NCBI GenBank assembly: GCA_916439095.1 | Contig: CAKAGU010000002.1 | Coordinates: forward strand, 45,580-109,579 | Length of the DNA stretch: 64,000 nucleotides | From: an uncultured Stomatobaculum sp. | Lineage (GTDB): Bacteria; Bacillota; Clostridia; Lachnospirales; Lachnospiraceae | Direction: 5' to 3' | In this document: piece after piece, positions 1-12,073 of the stretch | How positions within the stretch are numbered: the stretch's first letter is position 1 | Layout: the number at the start of each line of letters is the position of its first letter | Notes under the pieces: model-generated | What the model saw: only the letters and a program-made list of their open reading frames with translations | The model's database searches: none | What the model was told of the DNA's origin: nothing | Program-made: the position numbers and the translations under genes

Positions 1-115
1 AGGCATATGAATTTCCGGAGGATGAAGAGGAGGAAGGCCGGGAGGAGTCGGAATTTGAAAGCAACGAGGACGAGGATCAGGAGTAAGAAGCGTTTTTTTG
101 AAAGGAGGGGTTCGT

Positions 116-259
116 GTGAAAAAGGAAAAGATTAAGTCACAAGAAGCGGAACTGACGATGGAGGCACTCCGCGAGCGCCTGGAAGAGCTGAAGGATGAGG
201 AGTTTATCCTTTCCATTCCCCTGCAAATAGGAGATGACGACGATGACGAAAAAGCCTAA
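116..259 (+). CDS. Small acidic hypothetical protein (47 aa)
   Basis: GGAGGGG RBS, GTG start, MKKEKIKSQEAELTMEALRERLEEL...; overlaps the radC start. Confidence 0.5.
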   Translation: MKKEKIKSQEAELTMEALRERLEELKDEEFILSIPLQIGDDDDDEKA

Positions 260-876
260 CATCTACGAATCAGACGGAAATGGCTTTCAGCTGGAGCAGG
301 TCGGAATTCGTCTGGTCAAGGAGCGGTCGCTGTATTCCGAGACAAAGATTGACTCTCCGGAAGCTGCGGTACAGCTGGTAGCGGATGCACTTTCTCGACT
401 ATGATCGTGAGGTTTTTGGCCTTATCAATCTGCAGGTTGATAATAGACCGATCAATTTAAACATTATCAGCATGGGCACGCTGAATTCTTCGCTGGTTCA
501 TCCGCGGGAAACATTAAAGTCGACCATTTTAAGTAACGCTTCGAATGTTCTGTTGTTCCACAATCATCCCTCCGGAAAGTTGAAGCCCAGCAAGGAAGAC
601 ATCTCCATTACAGACCAACTGGTGCAGGCCTTTAATATGATGGGAATCAAGGTCTTGGATCATGTCATTGTCGGGAATGCAACGAATTACTACTCGTTTC
701 TTGAGCAATGTACGCTTCCACTGCCGAGATCCTCCTATACCACTTCTTTGGATCAACTGGATTTACGGAAACAGAAAGTTGCCGAAGCGGAATCGGTGGT
801 AGCCAAGCTGAAAGAGACTGAGCATCCGCAGAAAAGAAAAAGAAGTAAGGCGAAACCGAAGGATCCGGAGTTATGA
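243..876 (+). CDS. radC: RadC/JAB (MPN) domain protein, one frameshift near 390
   Basis: ISMGTLNSSLVHPRE, HNHPSG..PS.ED and VLDHVIVG motifs; upstream frame MTKKPNIY...SPEAAVQLVA. Confidence 0.85.
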
Positions 877-897
877 AGAAGGCGGAAAGGAGACGCA

Positions 898-1125
898 ATG
901 GTATTTACAAAAGATGAGAGAACTCTGTTGATTCTCTACTGTGAGAGAAACAGAAGCGGAACACTCAAAAATCTGTTTCTCATGCGGGGACAGCTTCAAG
1001 CGGATGAGAAAGCACTGTCAGCTCTGACAGATGCCGTAATCCGGAAACTTGGCGGCATGACCGATTCTGAATTTGATGGTCTGAATCTCTTAGGTGCGGT
1101 AAGGAGCAGCGATGCGGGAACGTAA
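898..1125 (+). CDS. Transposon-transfer assisting (TTRAP-like) protein
   Basis: FT.DE..L..LY...R...L..L pattern ending in MTDSEF; typical position before mobC. Confidence 0.7.
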   Translation: MVFTKDERTLLILYCERNRSGTLKNLFLMRGQLQADEKALSALTDAVIRKLGGMTDSEFDGLNLLGAVRSSDAGT

Positions 1126-1444
1126 TCAGGAAATTCATGTGCTCCTTCTTCCGGAAGAGATGGAACGGATTAAGCAGAAAATGGCCGAGCTTGGAATCAT
1201 CAACCGCAGCGCTTACGTGCGTAAGATGGCGCTGGACGGCTACTGTATCAACCTTGATCTGTCGGACATGAAGGAAATGGTGTCTCTACTCCGGCGCTGT
1301 AGCAATAACCTGAACCAGTACGCAAAGCGGGCAAATGAGTCTGGATCCATTTACGCCGAGGACATTCAGGATTTGCAGGTGAGGCAGGGTGAAATCTGGG
1401 AAATCGCGAAGGAGATGCTGGCAAGACTTGCGACGATTCAGTGA
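1112..1444 (+). CDS. mobC: MobC relaxosome accessory protein
   Basis: RHH N-terminus, SAYVRKMALDGY and RRCSNNLNQYAKRAN signature. Confidence 0.9.
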   Translation: MRERNQEIHVLLLPEEMERIKQKMAELGIINRSAYVRKMALDGYCINLDLSDMKEMVSLLRRCSNNLNQYAKRANESGSIYAEDIQDLQVRQGEIWEIAKEMLARLATIQ

Positions 1445-1537
1445 GTGCCGCAGATTGGAGGAGAGCTTCGTTGACATCCTTGCAATACGGGTTAGGGCAT
1501 TATAAACTGACTGTAAAGCAGAGAAGGAGGTAACGAT

Positions 1538-1834
1538 ATGTGGCTGATTAAACTCCCGTTTCGAATCATTGCACTCCCAATCATGGCAGTCGTTGGCGCG
1601 CTGTCAATCTTTTACAGACTCATTCTGGAGGTTGGACTGCTTGCAATCGGGCTGATTTACGTTATCCTCGGTATCGGTCTTGTTAACTATCTGATTCAGC
1701 GAAATTGGCTGCAGGTAGGAATTATCCTTGGCATTGGAGCGATTGCTTTTGTAGGCTCCATGTTTGCCCAGATCCTTGCCACAGGCCTGGAGGCACTGAG
1801 CGGAAACTTGTTGAATTTGTATTCACTTAAGTAG
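1538..1834 (+). CDS. Small membrane protein (CD1845-like) between mobC and relaxase
   Basis: Three hydrophobic helices, GGAGG RBS, own terminator. Confidence 0.65.
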   Translation: MWLIKLPFRIIALPIMAVVGALSIFYRLILEVGLLAIGLIYVILGIGLVNYLIQRNWLQVGIILGIGAIAFVGSMFAQILATGLEALSGNLLNLYSLK

Positions 1835-1847
1835 TCAAATAAAGTCG

Positions 1848-1887
1848 AGGCCCGAGAACAGAAATGTTCCCGGGCCTTTTTCTTTTG
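1848..1887 (+). terminator. Rho-independent terminator
   Basis: AGGCCCGAGAACA-GAAA-TGTTCCCGGGCCT followed by T-tract. Confidence 0.75.
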
Positions 1888-1914
1888 CGAATGATGCGGA
1901 AAGGAGTTACAGAG

Positions 1915-3309
1915 ATGGCAGCCACAAGACTTATTGCCCTTCATGCCAATAAGGGAAAGACCATTGCACGAAGTCTCAGCGACCGGACGGATTATGCCAA
2001 GAATCCGGACAAGACCGAGAAAGGCGAGCTGGTCACCGGCTACCAGTGTGATCCCTTTACCGTAGATGAAGAGTTCATGCTGACCAAGCAGAAGTATGAG
2101 CAGATTACAGGTCGTCACCAGAGACGGGATGTGATTGCATATCAGATTCGGCAGTCCTTTAAGCCCGGTGAAATCACGCCGGAGGAAGCGAACCGATTGG
2201 GGCGGGAGCTGGCACTTCGATTTACCAAAGGGAAGTTCGCTTTCATCGTTGCGACACACACGGACAGGGCACATATCCATAATCATATCGTGTTCAATTC
2301 GACTTCCCTTGACGGTACAAGGAAGTTTAAGAACTTCTGGTTTTCGGGTCTCGCACTGCAACGTTTAAGTGACCTTGTCTGTCTGGAAAACAGCTTGTCG
2401 GTGATTGAAGCGAAGCCAATCGGCGAGCGGGAAAAACGGACGGAATACCCCACACGGACAAGCATCCGAGACTTCATTTGCCGGGATATAGACCGGATAC
2501 TTCAAAAGAAGCCGAAGGACTTTGAGACAGTTCTCTTTCAGCTACAGCAACTTGGCTATGAAGTCAAGCGGGGGAAACATGTTTCAGTCAAGGGCGGGAA
2601 TCAGAAGCGCTTTGTCCGCTTATCTTCACTTCCGGAAGGATATAGAGAAGCGGAAATTCGTTCGGCACTTTCCGACGAAGCAAAGCATGAAGGCAGACCA
2701 CACTCAAGGCTGGAACGCTCGTTCAATCTGCTCATTGATATTCAGAGCAAACTGCAGTCCAAGGGCCAAGGCTTCAAGCGCTGGGCGACGGTCTATAACC
2801 TCAAACAGATGTCAAAGACGCTGCTGTTTCTCCGTGACAATAAGATTGATAGTGTTAATCAGCTAAATGTTCTCGCGACAGAACAGCAAGAGAAGTGCGA
2901 CCGCCTGCTTCTTTCAATTCAGGCAGCCGAGAAGCGACTGGCGGAACTCGCGGCGCTGAAAACGCAGATCATCAACTACTCAAAGACCAGACCAATCTAC
3001 GAAGCGTATCGGAAAGCCGGATATAGCAAAAGCTTTCTGGAGGCGCACAGGACAGAAATCATGCTACACAAGGCGGCGAAAGCGGCTTTCGATGCGCTTG
3101 GGATAAAGAAACTGCCAAAGGTTAAAGAACTGAGCGTTGAATACGAACAGATACTGGAAGCGAAAAAGGCAGCTTATGCCGAATACCGGCAGGTGAAAAA
3201 GGAGATACAGGAATTTTGGATTGCGCAGAAAAACATTGCCTCTCTCTATGCCGCAGAGCACGAAGCAGACGAAGAGAGACAGCGACGGGAAGAGAAGAAG
3301 CAGAGATGA
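1915..3309 (+). CDS. Relaxase/mobilisation nuclease (MOBP-type)
   Basis: DYAKNPDKT, AYQIRQSFKPGE and HUH motif ATHTDRAHIHNHIVFN. Confidence 0.92.
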   Translation: MAATRLIALHANKGKTIARSLSDRTDYAKNPDKTEKGELVTGYQCDPFTVDEEFMLTKQKYEQITGRHQRRDVIAYQIRQSFKPGEITPEEANRLGRELALRFTKGKFAFIVATHTDRAHIHNHIVFNSTSLDGTRKFKNFWFSGLALQRLSDLVCLENSLSVIEAKPIGEREKRTEYPTRTSIRDFICRDIDRILQKKPKDFETVLFQLQQLGYEVKRGKHVSVKGGNQKRFVRLSSLPEGYREAEIRSALSDEAKHEGRPHSRLERSFNLLIDIQSKLQSKGQGFKRWATVYNLKQMSKTLLFLRDNKIDSVNQLNVLATEQQEKCDRLLLSIQAAEKRLAELAALKTQIINYSKTRPIYEAYRKAGYSKSFLEAHRTEIMLHKAAKAAFDALGIKKLPKVKELSVEYEQILEAKKAAYAEYRQVKKEIQEFWIAQKNIASLYAAEHEADEERQRREEKKQR

Positions 3310-3360
3310 TTAGAAACCAGGGCAACAGAGAAACACATCATTGTCCAGTTCTGCTATCAA

Positions 3361-3470
3361 GCGTTCCGCAGGAACGCGCAGCCTCACGAAGTGAGTTTTT
3401 AAGGGCTTGGGAGTATCCCAACAAGTGGCGTATGAGGTCCGGATGGACGCTCATACACTGCTTGCCAATT
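3361..3470. other. Candidate oriT
   Basis: Four consecutive hairpins just downstream of the relaxase, followed by ACTGCTTGCCA. Confidence 0.45.
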
Positions 3471-3671
3471 TGTAACACTCAATCAACACCAGGATTTTTA
3501 TGACTTTTCCGAATAAGTATTAACCTGTAAACCACAGGTGCGATATTTCGGAACTTAACTTCGGAATTAATAATGCTGGATCGCTTAGAACGCAATTCTA
3601 TGGTATGATGATAAATGTACTGAAAGAAGCACCGAAATTTTTTTGGGATACGGTAAGGCAGAGGTGAGAAT

Positions 3672-3890
3672 ATGGCAGTGAGTTATAAGAAACTTTGGAA
3701 ATTGCTGATTGATAAGGACATGATAAAAAAGGATCTCCGTGAATTGACAGGTGTTAGCACAACAACAATGTCTCGATTGTCGAAGGACGAAAATGTTAGC
3801 ACTGAGATTCTTTCTAAAATATGCTCTGCTTTAGGCTGTGATGTTGGAGACATCATTGAATTTGTTCCGGATAACAAAGAGAAACAGTAA
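3672..3890 (+). CDS. XRE/Cro-C1 HTH regulator heading the BREX operon
   Basis: MAVSYKKLWKLLIDKDM...KICSALGCDVGDIIE. Confidence 0.9.
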   Translation: MAVSYKKLWKLLIDKDMIKKDLRELTGVSTTTMSRLSKDENVSTEILSKICSALGCDVGDIIEFVPDNKEKQ

Positions 3891-3904
3891 GGAGGTGTAC
3901 TGCT

Positions 3905-4509
3905 ATGGATCATTCGTATTCCTATATTGCATCGTTGACAAGAGAGCCGTTTCTTTTCTATGAAATGCGTTCCACTGCCAAGCTGATGAATGAAGGACTT
4001 TCTGATGAAGCGATCGTAACAGAAATTGTAGAGCAAAATCTCTTTCAGTATCCGACTGAAAATCCATCACACGCATAGCAAAAGCCTGTATAAAACGGCT
4101 TCGTACTCTGGAAGATGAATCCCTGATTTCTGCAATCGCATCTCAGCCAACAGAAGTGGCAAAGCAGATCTGCCTGTATGCGATGATGAAGCAGAGCCGT
4201 CTGGTCTGGGAATTCATGCTGACAGTGATTGGCGAGAAGTACAGATTAAGGGACACCTCATTTGGTAAGATAGACTTGAATACATTTTTTATGCGTTTGC
4301 AGGAGCAGAACGATGCGGTAGCCTCCTGGAGCGATGCCACAATAACAAAGTTAAAACAGATTATTGCCAGAGTGCTTGTTGAAACAGAATATCTCGACAG
4401 CATCAAGGCAGATCATTTGAACCCGGTATGGCTGCATCCTATTTTGGAGAATGCCATCAGAAGCAACAGCGATGCGGAGGTACTGCCGGCATTTAATTGC
4501 TTTTCGTAG
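3905..4509 (+). CDS. brxA: BREX protein BrxA (DUF1819), frameshift near 4063
   Basis: SLTREPFLFYEMR...EQNLFQYPTE then AKQICLYAMMKQSRLVWEFM...WSDATITKLKQ. Confidence 0.88.
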
Positions 4510-4519
4510 GAGGTAGCCG

Positions 4520-5077
4520 ATGAGTGTCATAAAAGAACGCCTAGATAAAATTCGGGCATTGATTCAGGAACCGGAGTTTCTGGAGGGCAAGGGACTCAGC
4601 AATGAGGTAAACATCAGAATCTTCTGCTATAAGCCAGAGGACGAAATGGTTGTACGCCATTTTGTAAATCAGTTGGAAACCGATCAATCCCTGACCTGCC
4701 ATTTGAAGGTTTGTAATTTATATAAAACATTTCTCTCTATTTGCGATGACATGGACATTACGGATGTCATTCCGGATATGGAAGAAGCTGATGGAAGCCT
4801 TTTCCTTCTGGAGCAGCTGAGTTCCGCAATCGGCAATGGAGAGTTCATCGACAAAATTCAGTATGAGCCGCACGAGTTTGGCGATGTACTCATGCTGACC
4901 GGTGTTGGTGAGGTATTCTCGTTTATGAGAATCCATACATTACTGGAAGCCTTGCAGCCATATTTTTCTGATGTTCCAATTTTGGTTATGTATCCGGGCG
5001 AGTTCGATGGTCACCATGTAAAGCTGTTCAATCGCCTTAAGCCAAACGACTATTATCGAGCGTTCAATGTGATTTAA
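4520..5077 (+). CDS. brxB: BREX protein BrxB (DUF1788)
   Basis: GKGLSNEVNIRIFCY, LTGVGEVF..RIH, MYPGEFDG...NDYYRAF. Confidence 0.92.
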   Translation: MSVIKERLDKIRALIQEPEFLEGKGLSNEVNIRIFCYKPEDEMVVRHFVNQLETDQSLTCHLKVCNLYKTFLSICDDMDITDVIPDMEEADGSLFLLEQLSSAIGNGEFIDKIQYEPHEFGDVLMLTGVGEVFSFMRIHTLLEALQPYFSDVPILVMYPGEFDGHHVKLFNRLKPNDYYRAFNVI

Positions 5078-5090
5078 GGAGGATAAAGCC

Positions 5091-8000
5091 ATGATAATTC
5101 GAGATATGTTTGCGACGACATCAACCGCAAAATCAATGGTGTTATTAAAGTAGATCAGGCTTCTGACGATGTGATCGAGCAGGAATTAAATGAGTATGTT
5201 ATCACCAAGGAATTGAAGAAGCACTTCATTACCTTTTTTAATTACTATGGCGATGCCTTTGAGCAGCCGACCGCCGATATGGGCGTTTGGATTTCTGGCT
5301 TCTTTGGAAGTGGTAAATCTCATTTTCTGAAAATGCTCTCTTATCTTTTGGAGAACAAAGAAGTTAAGGGCATTCGCAGTGTAGAGCGTTTCCGGAAAAA
5401 GCTTGAAGTTGATCCGGCAACCTTTTTATGCTGATTGACCGTGCTACGAAGGGTCAGACGGAAACCATTCTTTTCAATATTGATATTGAAGGCTTCAGCA
5501 ACAAAGACAAGACTGCTGTTCTTCGTGTTTTCGCAAAGATGTTCTATAACCATCTGGGATTTTACGGCGAAAACTTAAAGGTTGCCATGATGGAGCGTTA
5601 TATTGACCAGCAGGGCAAGACTGATGAGTTCCGCAGAGTTTTTGAAGAAAAGAAGGGCAAATCCTGGTTGGAAATGCGCCGTGCATTTGCATTCAACGGC
5701 AAGTTCATTATCCCTACTCTGATGGAAGTTCTGGATATGAGTGAGGACGATGCCAAAGCATGGTTTAATGATAAAACCTCCACAGAGATTTCGATTGCAC
5801 AGCTTGTGGAAGATATGAAAGCTTATGTGGATACCAAGCCTGCAAACTTCCGTTTGCTGTTTATGATCGACGAAGTTGGTCAGTATGTCGGTACTGATAC
5901 CGATATGCTGTTGAACCTCCAGTCGTTGACCGAGAAAATAGGCAGCGAGTGCGAGGGCAAGATCTGGGTGATCTGCACCGGACAGGAAGCCATTGATGAA
6001 ATCATCAAGGTTCGTGCCGATGAGTTCTCCCGTATTCAGGCTCGTTTCAAAACAAGACTGAGCTTATCTTCTTCCTCTGTGGACGAAGTGATTCAGAAGC
6101 GTATTCTGAAAAAGAAGCCGGACGCAGCCAAAGAGCTGGAGGCAGTTTATGAGCAGAATGATTCTGTTCTGCGTAACCTGTTCAGTTTCAGTGGCTCGAT
6201 TCTGGATATTAAGGGCTATTCCACTTCGGTGGAGTTTTCGGACAATTTCCCGTTCGTGCCGTACCAGTTCATCATCATGCAGAAGGTGTTTGCCGAAATC
6301 CGTAAGCACGGAAATTCCGGTAAGCATCTGTCCGGTGGTGAGCGCTCCATGCTGTCCGGATTCCAGGAAGCTGCACAGAAAATTCAGGAGAGGGACGAGT
6401 ATGCCCTCGTTCCGTTCTTCCGTTTTTATGATACCGTACATACTTTCCTGGATGGTTCTATCCGTCGAGTGATTGAGCGCTGCCAGAAAGCGGCTGACAA
6501 CGGCGATGGCATTGAGCAGCAGGATGTGGATGTATTGAAGCTCCTGTATCTGATTCGCTATATTGATGATATTCCTTCTAATCTGGACAATATCGTAATC
6601 CTGATGGCAGACGATATTCGTGTAGATAAAATCATCATGCGTGAATCTATTCGTGGCTGCCTTGACCGCTTGATGAGTCAGAACTATATCGGCAGAACCG
6701 GTGATACCTATAACTTTCTGACCGATGAAGAACAGGACATTCAGCGTGAAATCCGAGATACCAATGTGGATACCGCTTCTATTGTGGAGCGTATTGCCCA
6801 GATGATCTACGGCGATATTTTCACAACCAAGAAGTTCCGCTATGAAAAATATGACTTCGCCTTCGACCAGATGGTGGACGGAATTACCGTTGGCGTAACG
6901 ACTGGCGGTATGCGCCTACGCTTTTTGACAGTTGCAACGGATGCCACGGAAAAGACGGAGTTCCGTTTGATGGCAGAGTCTAAAGGCAACGAAGCAATTG
7001 TTGTTCTGGCGGATACCCCTTACTACGAATCTCTGGAATCTGCCATGAAGATTCGCAAATATGTAAAACAGCGAAATGTAAGCCAGCTGCCCTAAGAGTG
7101 TGCAGAAAAATCATCAGCGATCAGCAGGACGAAGCTGGAAAATATGAACTGAGCGCCATGACTGAATTGCAGAAGGCGATTGAGGGAGCGCAGTTTTATG
7201 TGGATGGTGAGCATCTGGAGATCAAATCCGGAAACGCTAAAAGCAGAATTGACCAGTCCCTGGAATACTTGGTTGCTCATGCATATAGCAAGCTCGATTT
7301 GATTACCAAGAATGCCGATAGCGATGCCGACATTATCGCTATTCTGAACGGAACCGAAGCGATGATTCCCGGAACAGAGCCGAACCGTGAAGCGGCTTCT
7401 GCCATGGAAGAATATCTGGAAATGCAGGATGCGAAGAAACTGCCTACCTCTATGGCAGATATTCAGAGGTACAGTGCCATTCCTATGGCTGGAAGGAAAT
7501 CGACATTGCTGCGGTCGCTGCACAGCTGATCTATGCCCAGAAAGTAACCATTAAGTATGCGGGCAATACCATTCAGCCCGGTGACCCGAAACTGCCGGAT
7601 ATGCTCCGAAAAAAGAGCGAGATCGGCAAAACCTCCATCAGCAAGCGTAAAACCATTTCTGCTACAATGATGCGTGATGTAAAATCAATGCTTCGTGAGT
7701 ATTTCTGACATTATGGATGTGCCGGACGATGAGGATGGTCTGATCCGCTTTGTAACCGAGAAATTCACAGAACAGCGTGACTACTATGCTTCTTTGGATG
7801 CCCGTTATGAAGGGCACAAATACCCGGATCACGGATTGGTGCAGGAAGCCATTCATCTGATGGACGATGTTCTTTCCCAGAAGAAGGACAACATCGCCTT
7901 GTTTGAGCGAGTGCTGAAAAAAGAAGATGACCTGTTCGACAACAAGGAAACCATGAGCAACGGCATCGAAAACTTCTTCAAAACGCAGGTGACGGTGTTC

Positions 8001-8636
8001 GACCAGGCAGTGCAGCTTGAAAAATCGCTGCATGACGATCTTGACCGCATTGCGGAAAATGAGGAAGCACACAAGGCACTGAACACCATTCGTCTGATTA
8101 TCACAATTCAGATGGGTACGAAGTTTAGATATGACCGGATTCGTGAGCTGAACCCGCTGATGGATACGGTTCGTGCGGCCCATGACAAGATGCTGGAAGA
8201 AAAACGTGCTGAGGTTCTGGAAACGGTTCGTCAGTGCATGGAAGACCCATACTGCCGCAAATGGCGATCGGAAGGCATCTCACCTGATTGAAAAGTCGGA
8301 TCGCTATTTCAGCCAGTGCAAGGAGAAGATTGCCGAATTAAAGAGTCTTGCCCTTCTGGATGCTATGTTCTTGCCGATGTGCCAGTACAAGGATGATACG
8401 GTCAGCAACATTGAAGCCGTTCTCACCCCGCCTGCACCGAAGTCGCAACCCCAGCCGAATCAGGAAGGTAAAGAAGCAACCCCGGCAAAGAAGAAAGTAG
8501 TTCGTGCCTATAACCGTCAGGTTGTATTCCAGGCAAAGACCTTGCAGACGGATGCGACATTGATGATTATGTAGAGAAGATTCGTTCTCAGCTGAAGCAG
8601 CTCTTGAAGAATTGCGATGAGATCAAGCTGAATTAA
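5091..8636 (+). CDS. brxC: BREX P-loop ATPase BrxC, several frameshifts
   Basis: DINRKINGVIKV, Walker A WISGFFGSGKSHFLK, Walker B FMIDEVGQY, SRIQARF, LSGGERSML. Confidence 0.93.
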
Positions 8637-8647
8637 GGAGTCGAATT

Positions 8648-11600
8648 ATGGATAAGAATGCGATAAAAAAATTTGCTGTCGGGGCAAGAACAGAGCTGAT
8701 CGCCCGTGTTTCCCTGAAAGGTGTGGAATACGGTATCACAGAAGACAACATGGTGGACGCCAATGCAGACAGTGTTGGCGGTAAAGTCCTCACTGCCGAT
8801 GAAAAGGCACAGCGCAAGGCTCTGATTGCCGAGATCAACGACAAAGGTTATAAGCAGGTTATGGAGGAAGTTGCCTACATTTGGTTCAACCGCTTCTCTG
8901 CCCTGCGTTTCATGGAGGTCAACGGCTACCTCCCTTCCCATGTGCGTGTATTCACGGACGAGGAAAACAACTTTAAACCGCAGATTATCACCGAAGCTAT
9001 TCATCTGGATTTGGATGGCTTGGACATGGAAAAGGTCTATGCACTGAAAGAAGCCGAAAAGACCGAGGAACTGTATAAGTATCTCTTGATCGTGCAGTGC
9101 AACGCATTGAACAAGGTTCTGCCGGGAATGTTCCAGAAGATCTCCGACTATACGGAGCTTCTTCTGCCGGACAACCTGCTCCGTGAAGGTAGCGTCATTG
9201 AACAGATGATTACCTGCATCGACGAGGACGATTGGAAAGATGCCGTTCAGATTATTGGCTGGTTGTATCAGTATTACAACAGCGAGAAAAAGGACGATGT
9301 TTTCGCCGCTCTGAAAAAGAATGTAAAAATCACAAAAGAGAATATCCCTGCGGCAACCCAGCTTTTTACCCCGGATTGGATCGTTCGCTACATGGTGGAA
9401 AACAGCCTTGGTCGCTTGTGGGTGGAGGGGCATCCGAATGACGAACTGAAATCCCAGTGGAAATACTATCTGGACGAAGCGGAGCAGGAAGCCGATGTGC
9501 AGGCTCAGCTTGACCAGATTCGCAAAGAATATGCGACTATTACGCCGGAGCAGATCAAGTGCATTGACCCTTGCTGCGGTTCCGGTCATATCCTGGCATA
9601 TATGTTTGATGTACTGGTGCAGATTTACGAAGCATACGGTTTCACCACTCGTGAAGCTGTGGCAAGCATTGTCGAAAAACAATCTGTATGGTCTAGACAT
9701 AGATGACCGTGCGGCTCAGCTTGCCTATTTTGCAGTGATGATGAAAGCACGTCAGTACGACCGTCGATTCTTCAGCCGAGGCATTCAGCCTCATGTTTAT
9801 GCGATTGCAGAAAGTAATCATGTGAATAGCTTTACGCTGGACTACTTCTGCAATGGCGATGCCAAACTGACTGCGACAATGAAAACTATCATCCACGAAC
9901 TGTACGATGCGAAGGAATACGGTTCCATCCTGAATGTTACGCAGCAGGATTGGTCTGCCTTTTATGCTCGTTTTGATGAAATCAAAGAGGATATTAACAT
10001 CTCCCGTGATTCTGCGCTGGGAGAACTGCTTCCTCTGGTGCAGGTGGCAGAAGCAATGGCGCAGAAATACGATGCGGTTGTGACAAATCCGCCGTATATG
10101 GGTGCAGCTGGAATGAACGGAAAGCTGTATGATTTGGTAAAGGATGTATATCCTGATACAAAATCGGATATGAGTACCGTTTGTATGGAAAAGACTCTTT
10201 CAATGTGTAACGATATTGGTTATATGGCGATGATAGACATTCCTGTCTGGATGTTCATTTCCAGTTATGAAAAGTTGCGAAAAAAGATTATAAACGACAA
10301 TACTATTGTTCAGATGTTGCATTTAGGACGTGGAGTATTTGGCTCTGACTTTGGTACAACGGCGTTTGTAATTGGCAGGCGATATATTTCAAATTATTGC
10401 GGCACATATAGAAAGCTGTTTAAGAAGCAGGGGGCTGTGGATTCTATTGAAACAAAAGAAAAATGGTTCCATGAGGGAGAGGGAGCATTCGAAGCAAAAC
10501 AAGCATCCTATCTTCGCATCCCAGGAAACCCCATTGCTTACTGGGTAAGTGAAAGATTTATTAGCAATTTCTCAGGAAGGCTGGTGCAGAACACCCATTT
10601 CTCAGGCGGTAGAAATAAAACTCACGGGAACGAACAGTACACACGTATGTGGTGGGAAATCGCCGATAGAGAAAAATGGCAACTATATGTAAAGGGTGGA
10701 GACTTCAGACGCTGGTATGGAAACCAGGAAGTTGTTGTGGATTGGTCTACGGAAGCAAAAAATTCTTATGCTTCTCATGGTGGATTGTATAATCAGGATT
10801 ATGCCAATAAAGCGGGCATCTGTTGGACTTTGATTACTTCAGCGAAAACAGCTTTCAGATATAAAATCCCGGAAGCTCATTACGATTCTGGTGCGCCAAC
10901 TATTTTCAATGAGAACTTTACGCTCGATTTGACATTGCTTGGCTTTTTGAATTCAAACATTGCAATAGAATATCTCCAGTTGTTGAATCCAACCATTAAC
11001 ATGGGAAACACTTATGTATTGTCGTTACCATATTTGGATGTAGGAAGCAAAAAGAGTGAAATTGAGACACTTGTCAAAGAGAATATTCAGGTTGCAAAAA
11101 GATGATTGGGATTCATTTGAAAAATTCAATGCAATTTGGATCACATCCACTTGTTAAATATGCAAAAATGTGGATTTATTTCGGATGCTTTTTGGCGTGT
11201 GGAGCCGTCTATGCAGAGGCTGCTTTCACTGGTATGAAGAAAGCAGAAGAACGGTTAAATGAACTTTTTTGTGGATATTTATGGTCTTTCAAAGGATATA
11301 AGCACTGAGGTTCCAGATAAGGATATATCCGTTAGAAAAGCAGATTTGCAGCGTGACATTAAGAGCTTCATTTCCTACGCTGTGGGTTGTATGTTCGGTC
11401 GTTACTCTCTGGATGGGGATGGGCTTGCCTATGCCGGTGGTGAGTGGGATGCTTCCAAGTACACCACATTTGAGCCGGACAAGGACAACATCATTCCAAT
11501 CTGCGATGATGAATATTTCCAGGATGATATTGTGGGCAGATTTGTCAAGTTCGTCGAGGTAGTTTACGGCAAGGAAACTCTGGACGAGAACCTGAAGTTC

Positions 11601-12055
11601 ATTGCAGACGCCCCTGCGGTAAGGGGCAGCCGAAGGATGTCATTCGAAACTACTTCATCAATGACTTCTATGCTGACCATTGCAAGATTTATCAAAAGCG
11701 TCCGATTTACTGGCTGTTTGATTCCGGTAAGAAGAACGGTTTCAAATGCCTGATCTATATGCACCGCTATCAGCCGGACACCATTGCCCGTATTCGTACC
11801 GACTATGTGCATGAACAGCAGGCTCGTTATCGTACCGCCATTGCCGACCTGGAGAACCGCATTGCAGCGGCATCCACCTCTGAGCGTGTGAAGCTGAACA
11901 AGAAACTGAACTCCTTGCAGGCACAGGAAGTGGAAATCAGAGCCTACGAAGAAAAAATTCATCACTTGGCCGACCAGATGATCTCCATTGATCTGGACGA
12001 TGGCGTGAAGGCAAACTACGCAAAATTCCAGGATGTACTGGCGAAGATAAAATAA
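8648..12055 (+). CDS. pglX: BREX-1 adenine DNA methyltransferase PglX (BrxX), several frameshifts
   Basis: [56 protein letters not shown]. Confidence 0.95.
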
Positions 12056-12073
12056 TGAAGGAGGAGAAACCTT

